Positions 31,675 to 40,824 of a stretch of 64,000 bases of DNA are shown here, one piece after another; positions within the stretch are counted from its first letter, which is position 1; each line of letters starts with the position of its first letter. The stretch spans positions 1 to 64,000 of the forward strand of contig CAVUKA010000005.1 of assembly GCA_963741945.1 (NCBI GenBank). The letters are read 5' to 3'. A program made the position numbers and the translations under genes. The DNA comes from an uncultured Gemmatimonadales bacterium (GTDB lineage Bacteria > Gemmatimonadota > Gemmatimonadetes > Longimicrobiales > RSA9). The notes below the pieces were generated by a model. The model was not told the origin of the DNA and ran no database searches. It saw only the letters and a list, made by a program, of their open reading frames with translations.

Positions 31675-32819
31675 GCCTCGCTCTCCATTTCGCCTTCCGG
31701 CGCCATGGTGGGGTCCACGGCGGGCGCGTCGGCCAGCCGGAGCGCGTCCCCATCCGCCACCCGCTGCTGCCCGACTACCACCACCCGCTCGCCCGCGGCC
31801 AGCCCCGCCGTGATGACGATGTCCTGCTGGCCTGACGCGCCGGGGACCACGGGCCGCGCTTCCGCGCGCCAGCCTCCCGCTCCGTCCGGACGAGCGACGT
31901 ACACCACGTAGCCGGCCTCGCGGCGCAGCACGGCGGGGCGCGGCACCACCACGGCGCGCTCCAGCGTGCGGCTCGCGATGCTCACGTTCGCCACCATCCC
32001 GGGCTTGATCCCGAGCCCCGGGTTGGGCACGTGGATCTCCACCCGGAACGTGCGGTCCCCACCTGCCACGGCCGAGCCCACGAAGTCGATGGTGCCGGCG
32101 TACTCGCGCCCGTCCAGCGCGTCCACGGTGACCGTCACCTTCGTGCCGGGGGCGATCTCGGCGGCGAAGCGCTCGGGCACGCCGCCGGAGATCCTCACCG
32201 TGTCCACGGCCAGGACCCGGGCGACCGGGGCACCGGGGGCGACGGTGCTCCCCACTTCCACCATCCGGTCGTCCAGGATCCCCGCGAACGGGGCGCGTAC
32301 CACGGTGCGCTCCACGCGCTCGCTCAGCCCCTGCGCCTGCGCACGGGCCGTGCGGGCGTTGTACTTCGCCTGGAGATAGGCCATCTCGGTGCCGATGGAG
32401 TCCCGCTCCCACAGCTGCCGCTGACGCGCCCACGTCTCCTCGGCCAGCGTCGCCTGGCTCTCCGCCTGGTCGAGCTGGGCCCGCAACACGTCATCATCGA
32501 TGCGGATCAGCGGCGCGCCGGGCGCCACACGGGCCCCCTTCCGCGCCACCAGCGCCTCCACCGTGCCACCCTCCTGCGCCGTCACCACCACGTCGCGCTC
32601 CGCTTCCACGGTGCCCACGATGCGTACGAAGCTCGTGAACGGACGCGGCTCCACCGTCACGGTCTCCACGTTCACCACGCGCACGGGCGCGTCTTCGCCC
32701 GGACCATCGCCGCCATCCTGCCCCTGCGCGCCGCCCGCCGGCGCACACGCCATTGAGAGCGCCGCCACGCCAGCCGTCGCCAGAACCGCCAGTCCCGCGT
32801 TCCGCTTCATGATCTCCAT
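31671..32819 (-). CDS. RND periplasmic adaptor (MFP) lipoprotein
   Basis: Lipobox-like SMAC; VRAPFAGI, RTFRVEI and IKPGMVA motifs. Confidence 0.92.
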   Translation of the reverse strand: MEIMKRNAGLAVLATAGVAALSMACAPAGGAQGQDGGDGPGEDAPVRVVNVETVTVEPRPFTSFVRIVGTVEAERDVVVTAQEGGTVEALVARKGARVAPGAPLIRIDDDVLRAQLDQAESQATLAEETWARQRQLWERDSIGTEMAYLQAKYNARTARAQAQGLSERVERTVVRAPFAGILDDRMVEVGSTVAPGAPVARVLAVDTVRISGGVPERFAAEIAPGTKVTVTVDALDGREYAGTIDFVGSAVAGGDRTFRVEIHVPNPGLGIKPGMVANVSIASRTLERAVVVPRPAVLRREAGYVVYVARPDGAGGWRAEARPVVPGASGQQDIVITAGLAAGERVVVVGQQRVADGDALRLADAPAVDPTMAPEGEMESEA

Positions 32820-32826
32820 CTCCGGT

Positions 32827-34266
32827 CTAGCCCCTCAGGGCGACGCCAGCCGCGTCGTCCACCAGCGGCACGTTCCCGACGGCCGCGTCCAGCCTGGCCT
32901 GCGCGCTCAGGTAGTCGTAGACCGCCTGCGCGTAGTTGAACTCGCTCTGCCGCAGCGCCAGCTCCGCGTCCGTCACCTGGAGCTGGCTCCCCATTCCCGC
33001 CCTGTACTGCGTGCGCGCGATCTCGTAGCCGCGCTCCGCCTGGTCCACCGCCCGGCGCTGCGCCACCGCCCGGTCGTACGATTCACGCGCCTGGTCCAGC
33101 AGCGTCTCTACTTCGTTCGCCGCCTGGTCCCGCGCGTACGCCAGCTGCGCCTCCGCCTCGTTCACCTGCGCGCCCAGCCGGCTCACCCGGGCCGGCCGCT
33201 GGAAACCGCCGAACAGCGGCACGCTCACTTCCACCCCAACCGCCCTGGCCGAGAACCGGTTGTCCCCGAACCAGGTCGGGGTGCCGTTCCCCTGTCCCTG
33301 CGTGGTCCACGTCGCGAACAGCGAGACTTTCGGCAGGTAGTTGGAGAGCTCCACCTTCCGCTCCGTCTCCCGCAGCTCCCGCGTCAGCGCCAGCTGTCGC
33401 AGATCGCTGCGGTCCGCCGGCGCGTTCGACACCAGCTCCGCCGTGGGCGGCGCGGGCAGCTCCTGCGTCAGCAGCGATCCCGCCAGCTCCACTCCGTCCA
33501 GCGACGCCTCGCCCATCGTCACGGCCAGCGTCCGCCTGGCCGATGCCGCCGCGTTCTCCGACCGCGTCAGGTTCGGCCGCAGGTTGGACAGCTCCACTTC
33601 CAGCCGCAGGACATCGTACTCCGACGCCAGACCGGCCTCGTTCATTCGACGCGTCTCCTCCAGCACCTGCTCCACCCGCCTCACGCTGTTCTCCGTCAGC
33701 CGGTACTGCTCCTGCGCCAGCAGCACGCCGTAGAAGCTCAGCCGGGCCGTCGTGGCCACCTGCTGCGCCTGACCGCGCACCATTTCCTCCTGCAGCGCCG
33801 TGTACCGATTCGCCGCGCCCACCCCCAGCAGCACCGCCGGGTTGAAGAGCGGCTGCTCCGCCCGCGCCTGCGCATACCACGAGTTGTCCGACCCCGCCTG
33901 CACCGGCACCACGTCATCCGGCGACGCCGCACTGTCGAAGAAGATCGCCGGCAGGAAGAACTGCGGGACATCCAGGTTGCGCGTGAAGCTCGCGCTGAAA
34001 TTCAGCGACGGGAGCATGCTCCCCCACGCCTCCCGCAGCTGCGCGCGCGCCCCCTGCAGCGTCCAGCGCGCCCCGTCCAGCGTCTCGTTCTGCGCCAGCG
34101 CAGCCGCCACCGCCTGCTCCAGCGTCAGCCTCCGAGCCTCACCGGATGGCGACGCGGCCGGCGCCGACCCGCTCGCCGGGGGAGGCGCCACGACCGGCGT
34201 CTGCGCGGCCGCGGGCGCCGTCAGCAGCGCCGCCGCGACCAGCCATGCGATCGCTCGATCTCTCAT
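32827..34266 (-). CDS. TolC-family outer membrane protein
   Basis: LTLEQAV..AL..N, YLPKVSL, VPLFGG and YRAGMGSQLQV.DA motifs. Confidence 0.92.
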   Translation of the reverse strand: MRDRAIAWLVAAALLTAPAAAQTPVVAPPPASGSAPAASPSGEARRLTLEQAVAAALAQNETLDGARWTLQGARAQLREAWGSMLPSLNFSASFTRNLDVPQFFLPAIFFDSAASPDDVVPVQAGSDNSWYAQARAEQPLFNPAVLLGVGAANRYTALQEEMVRGQAQQVATTARLSFYGVLLAQEQYRLTENSVRRVEQVLEETRRMNEAGLASEYDVLRLEVELSNLRPNLTRSENAAASARRTLAVTMGEASLDGVELAGSLLTQELPAPPTAELVSNAPADRSDLRQLALTRELRETERKVELSNYLPKVSLFATWTTQGQGNGTPTWFGDNRFSARAVGVEVSVPLFGGFQRPARVSRLGAQVNEAEAQLAYARDQAANEVETLLDQARESYDRAVAQRRAVDQAERGYEIARTQYRAGMGSQLQVTDAELALRQSEFNYAQAVYDYLSAQARLDAAVGNVPLVDDAAGVALRG

Positions 34267-34931
34267 CCCTCTCTGCCTCCCTCCGCCGACTCCGGGCGAG
34301 GACGCCACCCCAGCCGGAGCGCTTCGATCGCGTTCTCCACCAGCTCCATGAACTCACCGTGATTCCGCGCCTGCGAGCCCAGGTGACCGCTCACGTACAG
34401 CGACGTCAGACCGTGGATCAGGCCCCACCCAACCACCGCCGCGCCCTCCGCGTCCTTCACGCTCACCTGCCCCGCCGCCGCCGCTTCCCGAACCAGCGAC
34501 ACCACCACTTCCTTCGACCCCTCGTGCATCGCCGTCAGGTCCGCCGCCACGGACGGGCACGAGTCCAGCGCCGGCACCCGCGGCATCTGGAACATCGCCC
34601 GGAAATAGCCCGTGTTCTCCACCGCGAACCGCGCGTACGCACGGCCCGTCGAAGCGTATCGCTCGATCGCCGTCGCCGCCGCCGGCATGCCGCCCAGCTC
34701 GCGCTCCATCACCTCCCCAAGACGACGAAATCCCTCCGTCATCACCGTCCGCAGCAGCTCATCCTTGTCCCGGAAGTGCAGGTAGATCGTCCCGGGCGAG
34801 TGCCCGATGCGCGCGGCCAGCGCCCGCATCGACAGCGCGTCCAGCCCCTCCTCCCCCACGATGTCGCGGGCCGCTTCCACGATCTTCCGGGTCAGGTCAG
34901 CGCGTTCGGCATCCTTTTCCGTCGGGCTCAT
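34263..34931 (-). CDS. TetR/AcrR regulator (WHG-type C-terminus)
   Basis: LSMRALAARIG.SPGTIY.HFRDK helix-turn-helix; WGLIHG. Confidence 0.92.
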   Translation of the reverse strand: MSPTEKDAERADLTRKIVEAARDIVGEEGLDALSMRALAARIGHSPGTIYLHFRDKDELLRTVMTEGFRRLGEVMERELGGMPAAATAIERYASTGRAYARFAVENTGYFRAMFQMPRVPALDSCPSVAADLTAMHEGSKEVVVSLVREAAAAGQVSVKDAEGAAVVGWGLIHGLTSLYVSGHLGSQARNHGEFMELVENAIEALRLGWRPRPESAEGGREG

Positions 34932-34974
34932 TCGTATCGTGTTCCGGTGCAAGGCAGCGGGGCGGGCCCCCGGT

Positions 34975-35014
34975 CTGAACGGTGTTCAGGCGCGGCAGTC
35001 TAAACGGTGTTCAG
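34975..35014. promoter_or_regulatory. Tandem palindromic operators, probably for the adjacent TetR
   Basis: CTGAAC-GGT-GTTCAG (34975-34989) and CTAAAC-GGT-GTTCAG (35000-35014). Confidence 0.7.
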
Positions 35015-35083
35015 AACGCAGTCAAGGGAGTCCTACGGCCGGGGGAGGACGCGGGTTTCAGCGGCGCGGGGCGGAGGAGGGTG

Positions 35084-36367
35084 CTAGACGGGCAGGTCGG
35101 CGCTCAGCACGTCGTTGCCGGTGTCGGTGACCAGGACGTCGTCCTCGATGCGGACGCCGATGCCCCGGAAGTGGGCGGGGGCGTCGGGATCGTGGGCGGG
35201 CACGTAGAGGCCGGGCTCCACGGTGAGCACCATCCCCGGCTGGAGGGGGCGGGGCTGGCCATGGAGGGAGTAGGTACCGACGTCGTGGACATCGAGGCCG
35301 AGCCAGTGGCTGGTCCGGTGGGGGTAGTAGCGTTTGACGGCGAGGTCGTCCTGCACCAGGTCATCGACGTCCCCGTGGAGGAGTCCGAAGTCCACCATGC
35401 CCTGGACCAGGACGCGCAGTGCGGCCTGGTGGACGTGGAGGACGGAGCCTCCGGTCCGGACCGCCTCGATGCCCGCGCGGTTGGCGGCGAGGACGACGTC
35501 GTAGACATCGCGCTGCGGGGCGGAGAACGTGCCGCCCACGGGCCAGGTGCGGGTGAGGTCGCCGTTGTAGATGCGGTGGCGCGCGCCGGCGTCGAGGAGG
35601 AGGAGGTCCCCCGCCTCCATGCGTCGATCGTTGGCGGTGTAGTGGAGGACTGTGGCGTTGGGGCCGGAGGCGGCGATGGTGGCGAAGGCGACGCCATCCG
35701 CGCCAGCGCTCCGGAACGCGGCGTCCACGGCGGCTTCCACCTCCCACTCGCCCACGCCGGGCCCGGCGGCGCCGAACCCGGTCCGGAACGCGTCCATGGT
35801 GATGCGTACGGCATCGCGGATGGCGTCGATCTCGTGGGGCTCCTTCACGAGGCGCAGCTCGTCGAGGAGGAGCCCGGGGTCGACGAGCTCCGCGGGACCG
35901 GCGCCCTTGCGCTGCCGTCCCGCTCGGCCTGCGCGGAGGGTGTCGAGCACGAGCCGCTCCACGTCAGCGCGTCCGGAGCCCAGGCGGAAGTAGAGGCGAT
36001 CACGGTCCTGGAGCATCTTCGGCAGGCGCTCGGCCAGCTCCGCGATGGGGTGGGCCGCATCGGCGCCGAATCGCTCCGTGGCCGCGTCCACGCCGCCGCG
36101 GGGTCCCGTCCAGACTTCCCGCTCGGGGTCGCGCGGGCGCACGAAGAGCGTGAACGGGGCATCGCCGCCGGGGAGGAGCACGGCCACGGCCTCGGGCTCC
36201 GTGTAGCCGGTGAGGTACCAGAGGTCGGGATCGACTACGTAGCGCAGCTCGAGGTCGCGGCCCACCATCGCCGCCGGGGCGGCGACGAGGATCATGGCGG
36301 CGTGCTCGCCGACGGTGTCCAGGACATGGTTCCGGCGGCGCTCGAAGTCGGGGATGGCTCTGGTCAT
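35084..36367 (-). CDS. pepP: Xaa-Pro aminopeptidase
   Basis: YLTGYTEPEA, LHY, DAGA...DLTRT, HWLGLDVHD, EPGLY and RIEDD motifs. Confidence 0.92.
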   Translation of the reverse strand: MTRAIPDFERRRNHVLDTVGEHAAMILVAAPAAMVGRDLELRYVVDPDLWYLTGYTEPEAVAVLLPGGDAPFTLFVRPRDPEREVWTGPRGGVDAATERFGADAAHPIAELAERLPKMLQDRDRLYFRLGSGRADVERLVLDTLRAGRAGRQRKGAGPAELVDPGLLLDELRLVKEPHEIDAIRDAVRITMDAFRTGFGAAGPGVGEWEVEAAVDAAFRSAGADGVAFATIAASGPNATVLHYTANDRRMEAGDLLLLDAGARHRIYNGDLTRTWPVGGTFSAPQRDVYDVVLAANRAGIEAVRTGGSVLHVHQAALRVLVQGMVDFGLLHGDVDDLVQDDLAVKRYYPHRTSHWLGLDVHDVGTYSLHGQPRPLQPGMVLTVEPGLYVPAHDPDAPAHFRGIGVRIEDDVLVTDTGNDVLSADLPV

Positions 36368-36418
36368 GGCGCAAAGCTAGGGTCGGGCGGTGGCGGTCAC
36401 AACGGGCGATGCGGCGCG

Positions 36419-36538
36419 CTACCCCTTCAGCACGCCCATGGGCCGGAGCCGGGCGACCTTTTTCCCGATTCCGGCCCGGTCCACCACGCTCACCACGTCC
36501 GTGGCCGTGTGGTCGATGAAGCGGATGCCGGCAGTCAT
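36419..36538 (-). pseudogene. Archease N-terminus fused to RtcB C-terminus (deletion scar)
   Basis: 39-aa ORF MTAGIRFIDHTA-TDVVSVVDRAGIGKKVARLRPMGVLKG*. Confidence 0.72.
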
Positions 36539-36542
36539 CCAG

Positions 36543-36770
36543 CTACCAGGGCTCGGGCTCGTCCCAGCTCTCGTCCCAGAACCGCTCCTCCTCTTCCGCG
36601 GCTTCCTGCAGATCGAGCGACTCGTCGGCCTCCACGCGACCCGTGTTCTCGATCCGCCGGATCGTGTCATCCGTGACCCGGGCGTCTCCTCGCAGGCGCG
36701 CCAGACGACGACGGCCGACCCACCACGCGCCGACCACCAGGGCGGCGCCCGCCGCGAACAGCCACGTCAT
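36543..36770 (-). CDS. Small membrane-anchored hypothetical protein with an acidic, Trp-rich tail
   Basis: 75 aa; start overlaps the stop of the dksA-like gene. Confidence 0.7.
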   Translation of the reverse strand: MTWLFAAGAALVVGAWWVGRRRLARLRGDARVTDDTIRRIENTGRVEADESLDLQEAAEEEERFWDESWDEPEPW

Positions 36771-37165
36771 CAGGCCGCCGACTCCTCCCCGCCCTCCTCC
36801 TCAGCGCGGCGCTTGCACGCGATACACAGCCGGGCCCACGGCACGATCTCGAGCCGCTCCATCGCGATCTCGCCGCCGCACGCCTGGCAGGTACCGAACG
36901 CTTCGGGGTCCTTGTAGAGGCGCCGCAGCGCCTCGTCGATGGCCATGAGCTGCCGACCTTCCTGGCTCGCCAGGAGAAACTCCTTCTCCTGGTCCATGGT
37001 GTCGGTGCCCTCGTCGGCCATGTGCAGCGGGTAGTGGCTGAGGTCGCTGTCGCCCGTCTCCAGCCCCTCCTTGATCCGCTCGTCCATCTCGGCCAGCAGC
37101 TCCAGCCGGTCCTGGCGCTCCTCCAGCAGCCGCTCCCGGATCTTCTCGCGCTCTTTCTTGTTCAT
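36770..37165 (-). CDS. TraR/DksA family C4 zinc-finger regulator
   Basis: HMADEGTD coiled-coil tip; FGTCQACG..I..ERL..VPWARLCIAC; GAGGAG RBS upstream. Confidence 0.9.
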   Translation of the reverse strand: MNKKEREKIRERLLEERQDRLELLAEMDERIKEGLETGDSDLSHYPLHMADEGTDTMDQEKEFLLASQEGRQLMAIDEALRRLYKDPEAFGTCQACGGEIAMERLEIVPWARLCIACKRRAEEEGGEESAA

Positions 37166-37203
37166 GCTCTCCTCGGTGTCGGGTCGCTGTTCCGAGGGGC
37201 AAA

Positions 37204-38535
37204 CTACGTTCCGCCCCCACCGCCGGTGTCCGGCGGGACCGGCCGCACCGGGCGCCCCACGGGCGGCGCCGGGGCCGTCGTGTCCGCGGGCGCGGCCGTG
37301 TCCCGGCGAGCCGGCGTGGTGTCCCGGACGGGCGGACTGGTGTCCGGCGCGCCGCCGGGCACCGGCCGCCGGGCGGGCGGAATCCTGTCCCGTGCGGGCG
37401 GAGCGGTGTCGGGCCGGGGTGCCGTGGTGTCCCGGGCGGGCGGGGCGGTGTCCGGCGCGGCGGCCGGCCTCCCGATCGGACCGGAGGGGAGGGTATCGGG
37501 CGGCACCGTGTCGGCGCCCACCGTGTCGGCGCCCACCGTGTCGGCGGCCGGAGTGCGCGACGGCAGCGGCACGAGGAAGTCGGGGACGGGGAGACGGGTG
37601 CGCCGTGTGGTATCGAATCGGCCATCGCCGTTCGGGTCCCAGCTCTCGCGCTCGATCACGCCGTCGCCATCGAGGTCGAACAGTCGCTTGCGGACGCGGC
37701 CCCCGTAGTCGAGGGTGTAGAACCGGCCTCCGTTCTCCGTCTCCCAGACGCTGCTCAGCAGCGTCATCGCGTCCCCGGGGGCGCCGCAGCGCGCGCGTCG
37801 GCTGCCGACGTACATGAGCGCGCCGAGCGCCGGGTGGGCCGCCGGCCCCGTCTCCACCGGGTACGACGGCGGCTCGGGGGCTCGCGGCGGGTGCAGCGCG
37901 GCGCTGTCGAGCCGGAGCCTGAGCAGCCCGGTGCGCCTCGTCCGGAGGCTCCCACCGGTGAACGAATAGAAGATCATCACGTTCGTCAGCGCATCCATGG
38001 GCGGCGGTGGCGCGGGGACGAACGCGGGTACCGAATCGGTCACGGCCACGCAGTAGTAGCGGGGCAGGAGAACTTCGAGCCAGAGCGTGTCGGGGATCAT
38101 GGCCGGAAGTCGGTGCGGCTCGACGGCGCCGACGCGGGGATCGATCCGGTACGTGATCAGGGGTGAGCCGGCTTCGGTGCCCCCCGTCAACTCGCGACCA
38201 TCGGAGCTGGCGAGCCGGTATTGGAGCGGGAGCGTGAGGTCGAGGCGACCGGGACTCACGTTCTCGTCCCCGCCGTTGCGGACCGCGAGGATGAGCGGGA
38301 AGCGGGCGCCCACGTCTTGGTCCGCGTGGCTGGTGTCCGCCCACGCGGCGGGGATGTCGATGGAGTCGCTGAACTCCCCGGCCGGGGCGAGCGCCAGAAG
38401 ATCCAGCGGCGGTGCCACCCGTCCCCACTCGAGAGTGCGCAGCCCCACAACGGCGGCCACCACCACGCCCAGACCGATGATCCAGCGCGCGTCGAACTGC
38501 GGCAGGAACCGGTGGACGTAGTGACCGGTGGCCAT
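37204..38535 (-). CDS. Membrane-anchored hypothetical protein with DxDGDG loops and a Pro/Asp-Thr-rich tail
   Basis: N-terminal TM segment; DLDGDGVIE and DPNGDGRFD; 15-bp tandem repeat at 37504-37548. Confidence 0.7.
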   Translation of the reverse strand: MATGHYVHRFLPQFDARWIIGLGVVVAAVVGLRTLEWGRVAPPLDLLALAPAGEFSDSIDIPAAWADTSHADQDVGARFPLILAVRNGGDENVSPGRLDLTLPLQYRLASSDGRELTGGTEAGSPLITYRIDPRVGAVEPHRLPAMIPDTLWLEVLLPRYYCVAVTDSVPAFVPAPPPPMDALTNVMIFYSFTGGSLRTRRTGLLRLRLDSAALHPPRAPEPPSYPVETGPAAHPALGALMYVGSRRARCGAPGDAMTLLSSVWETENGGRFYTLDYGGRVRKRLFDLDGDGVIERESWDPNGDGRFDTTRRTRLPVPDFLVPLPSRTPAADTVGADTVGADTVPPDTLPSGPIGRPAAAPDTAPPARDTTAPRPDTAPPARDRIPPARRPVPGGAPDTSPPVRDTTPARRDTAAPADTTAPAPPVGRPVRPVPPDTGGGGGT

Positions 38536-39713
38536 CAGGTGTACTTGAGTCCGCTACCCGTGATGAAGAGGACCACTTCCTCGCCCCGATGCATGAGGCC
38601 CCGCTGCATGAGGTGGGGAATCGCCGCCGCGGTGGCGCCGCCCTCCGGGGCCGCGAATACGCCCGTGGTGCGGCCGATGAGCCGGACCATGTCGAGCATT
38701 TCGTGGTCCGTGACGGCCACTGCCGCGCCGCCGGAGCTGCGCACGGCATCGAGGATCAGGAAATCGCCGATGGCGCTGGGCACCTTCAGGCCGTTCGCGC
38801 ACGTCTCCGCGTTCTCCCACGGCCGCGCGCTCTCGGCCCCCTCCTCCCACGCCCGCACGATGGGCGCGCAGCCGGCGCCCTGGACGGAGATCATGCGCGG
38901 GCGCTCGGAGCCGATCCACCCCAGCTCCTCCATCTCGTCGAAAGCCTTCCACATCCCCACGAGCCCCGTCCCGCCGCCCGTGGGATAGATGATCACGTCC
39001 GGAATGCGCCCGAGCTGCTCCACCAGCTCGTAGCCCATGGTCTTCTTCCCCTCCAGCCTGTACGGCTCCTTGAGCGTGGAGAGGTCGAACCAGCCGTGGC
39101 GCTCCACACCCTCGGAGATCACACGCGCGGCATCGGTGATCAGCCCCTCCACCAGCTCCAGGTCCGCTCCCAGCGCACGGATCTCCTGGAGGATCGGCCT
39201 CGGCGTGTCCATCGGCACGGCCACGTGCGCGGGCAGTCCGGCGGCCGCAGCGTACGCCGCGGCGGCAGAGCCGGCGTTCCCGGCCGAAGGAATGGCCACG
39301 GCCTCCACGCCCAGCTCCTTGGCCCGGGCCACCGCCATGGCCAGCCCGCGCGCCTTGAAGCTGCCCGTCGGGTTCTGCCCTTCGTCCTTGAGCCACAGCC
39401 GGTCGATGCCGAGCGCGTCCGCCACACGCGGCGCGTCCAGCAGTGGTGTGAAGCCCTCACCCAGGGTGAGCCGGAACTCGGGGTCCCGGACCGGAAGCAC
39501 TTCCGCGTAGCGCCACATGTTCGGCTCGCGGCCGATCAGCGCGGCGGGCGTCAGCCGGCCGCGCAGCGGAGCGAGGTCGTATCGGGCGAGCAACGGCTTC
39601 TGGCAGCACGGTGATGTGCGCCAGGGGTCCTCCGTGTCCGCGTACACGGCGCCGCAGTGGCCACATTCGAGGTAGGCCACGCCCGATGGACCGACAAGTG
39701 TCATGGTATCCAT
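38535..39713 (-). CDS. thrC: Threonine synthase
   Basis: LGEGFTPL, NPTGSFKARG, SAGNAG, EGKKT, PTGGG and TGSGLK motifs. Confidence 0.9.
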   Translation of the reverse strand: MDTMTLVGPSGVAYLECGHCGAVYADTEDPWRTSPCCQKPLLARYDLAPLRGRLTPAALIGREPNMWRYAEVLPVRDPEFRLTLGEGFTPLLDAPRVADALGIDRLWLKDEGQNPTGSFKARGLAMAVARAKELGVEAVAIPSAGNAGSAAAAYAAAAGLPAHVAVPMDTPRPILQEIRALGADLELVEGLITDAARVISEGVERHGWFDLSTLKEPYRLEGKKTMGYELVEQLGRIPDVIIYPTGGGTGLVGMWKAFDEMEELGWIGSERPRMISVQGAGCAPIVRAWEEGAESARPWENAETCANGLKVPSAIGDFLILDAVRSSGGAAVAVTDHEMLDMVRLIGRTTGVFAAPEGGATAAAIPHLMQRGLMHRGEEVVLFITGSGLKYT

Positions 39714-39756
39714 GGGCCGTCAATGTAGCGGGCGGACGGCATCGTGCCAGGGAGCG

Positions 39757-40044
39757 TCAGTCGGTGTCGCTCGCGGGCTTGCCGGGCCTCCCGTAGTGGT
39801 CGCCCGAGATGGGCCGCGCCCGGACGTACGCCCGGTGGAGCTCATCGCCGTCCATCTGCTCCAGCGAGCCCGCGCCGATCGCCAGGCGACGCGCTTTCCG
39901 CGTGCCATCCAGGCACACGAACTCCAGGATCTCTTCATCCCCTTCCAGCCCCGGATCCGTCTGCCGCGGTCCCGGCACCGTGCGGGCTTCCCACTCGACC
40001 CCGTCCTCCTCGATCCGGCGCCACTTCCATTCCTGGTGTGCCAT
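39757..40044 (-). CDS. Small hypothetical protein
   Basis: MAHQEWKWRRIEEDGVEWEAR...; globular-looking 95 aa at the 3' end of a longer ORF. Confidence 0.6.
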   Translation of the reverse strand: MAHQEWKWRRIEEDGVEWEARTVPGPRQTDPGLEGDEEILEFVCLDGTRKARRLAIGAGSLEQMDGDELHRAYVRARPISGDHYGRPGKPASDTD

Positions 40045-40266
40045 GCTGCTGCAACTTCCCGTTGTGTGGTATGGTACTGGTTCCGGGAGACGATGAAGGG
40101 CAAGGGCGGTGCCACGGGGGCGGTCTCGACGCGGGACCGGCGCACGCAGTGCCCGGAGATGCGGCCCGGCTCCCGCCCGGCACGACCGGCCTCCTCCCCG
40201 GGCAACCCTTTCACCGTCCGGCCGCATCACAGGGATGGAGCGGCACTCGACACGCAACCGGCCGCG

Positions 40267-40824
40267 ATGACGGAGAACGAGCTGATCCAGCGGGCCCAGC
40301 ACGGCAATGAAGCCGCGATGCAGGCGCTCTACCGGCGCCATGCGCCGCGCGTGTACGCCGTGGTGAGGCGCCTGGCGGCGGACGACTCCGTGGCCGACGA
40401 CTGGGCGCAGGAAGCATGGATCCGGGCGTTCCGCGCGCTGCCGAAGTTCCGGGGCGACTCGGCGTTCTCGACCTGGCTGCACCGCGTGGCGGTGAACAGC
40501 GCGCTCCAGGGCCGGCGCCAGCGAGGTCGTCACGAGAGCCGGGAGAGCGAGCTGCCGGCCACGCTCCCCGCGCCGGGCGCGGACCCGACGGTGCTCCGGA
40601 TCACACTGGAGCGAGCGCTCGAGCGGCTGCCCGAGGGGATGCGGGAAGTGATGGTGCTGCACGACGTGGAAGGATTCACGCACGAGGAGATCGGAGACAT
40701 GCTCGGTATCAGCGCCGGCACCTCGAAGAGCCAGCTCTTCAAGGGAAGGGCGAAGATGCGCGACATGCTCCGCGCGGTAGAGGATCAAGCAGAAAGTGGG
40801 GCGTATGTCGCATCTGACGCCTGA
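40267..40824 (+). CDS. ECF RNA polymerase sigma factor
   Basis: ADDWAQEAWIRA, FRGDSAFSTWLHRVAVN and EGFTHEEIG...GTSKSQL motifs. Confidence 0.92.
   Translation: MTENELIQRAQHGNEAAMQALYRRHAPRVYAVVRRLAADDSVADDWAQEAWIRAFRALPKFRGDSAFSTWLHRVAVNSALQGRRQRGRHESRESELPATLPAPGADPTVLRITLERALERLPEGMREVMVLHDVEGFTHEEIGDMLGISAGTSKSQLFKGRAKMRDMLRAVEDQAESGAYVASDA

Noticed and set aside
39735-39750. Sigma-54 promoter upstream of thrC (CTGGCACG)
   Set aside because: No GC at the -12 position.
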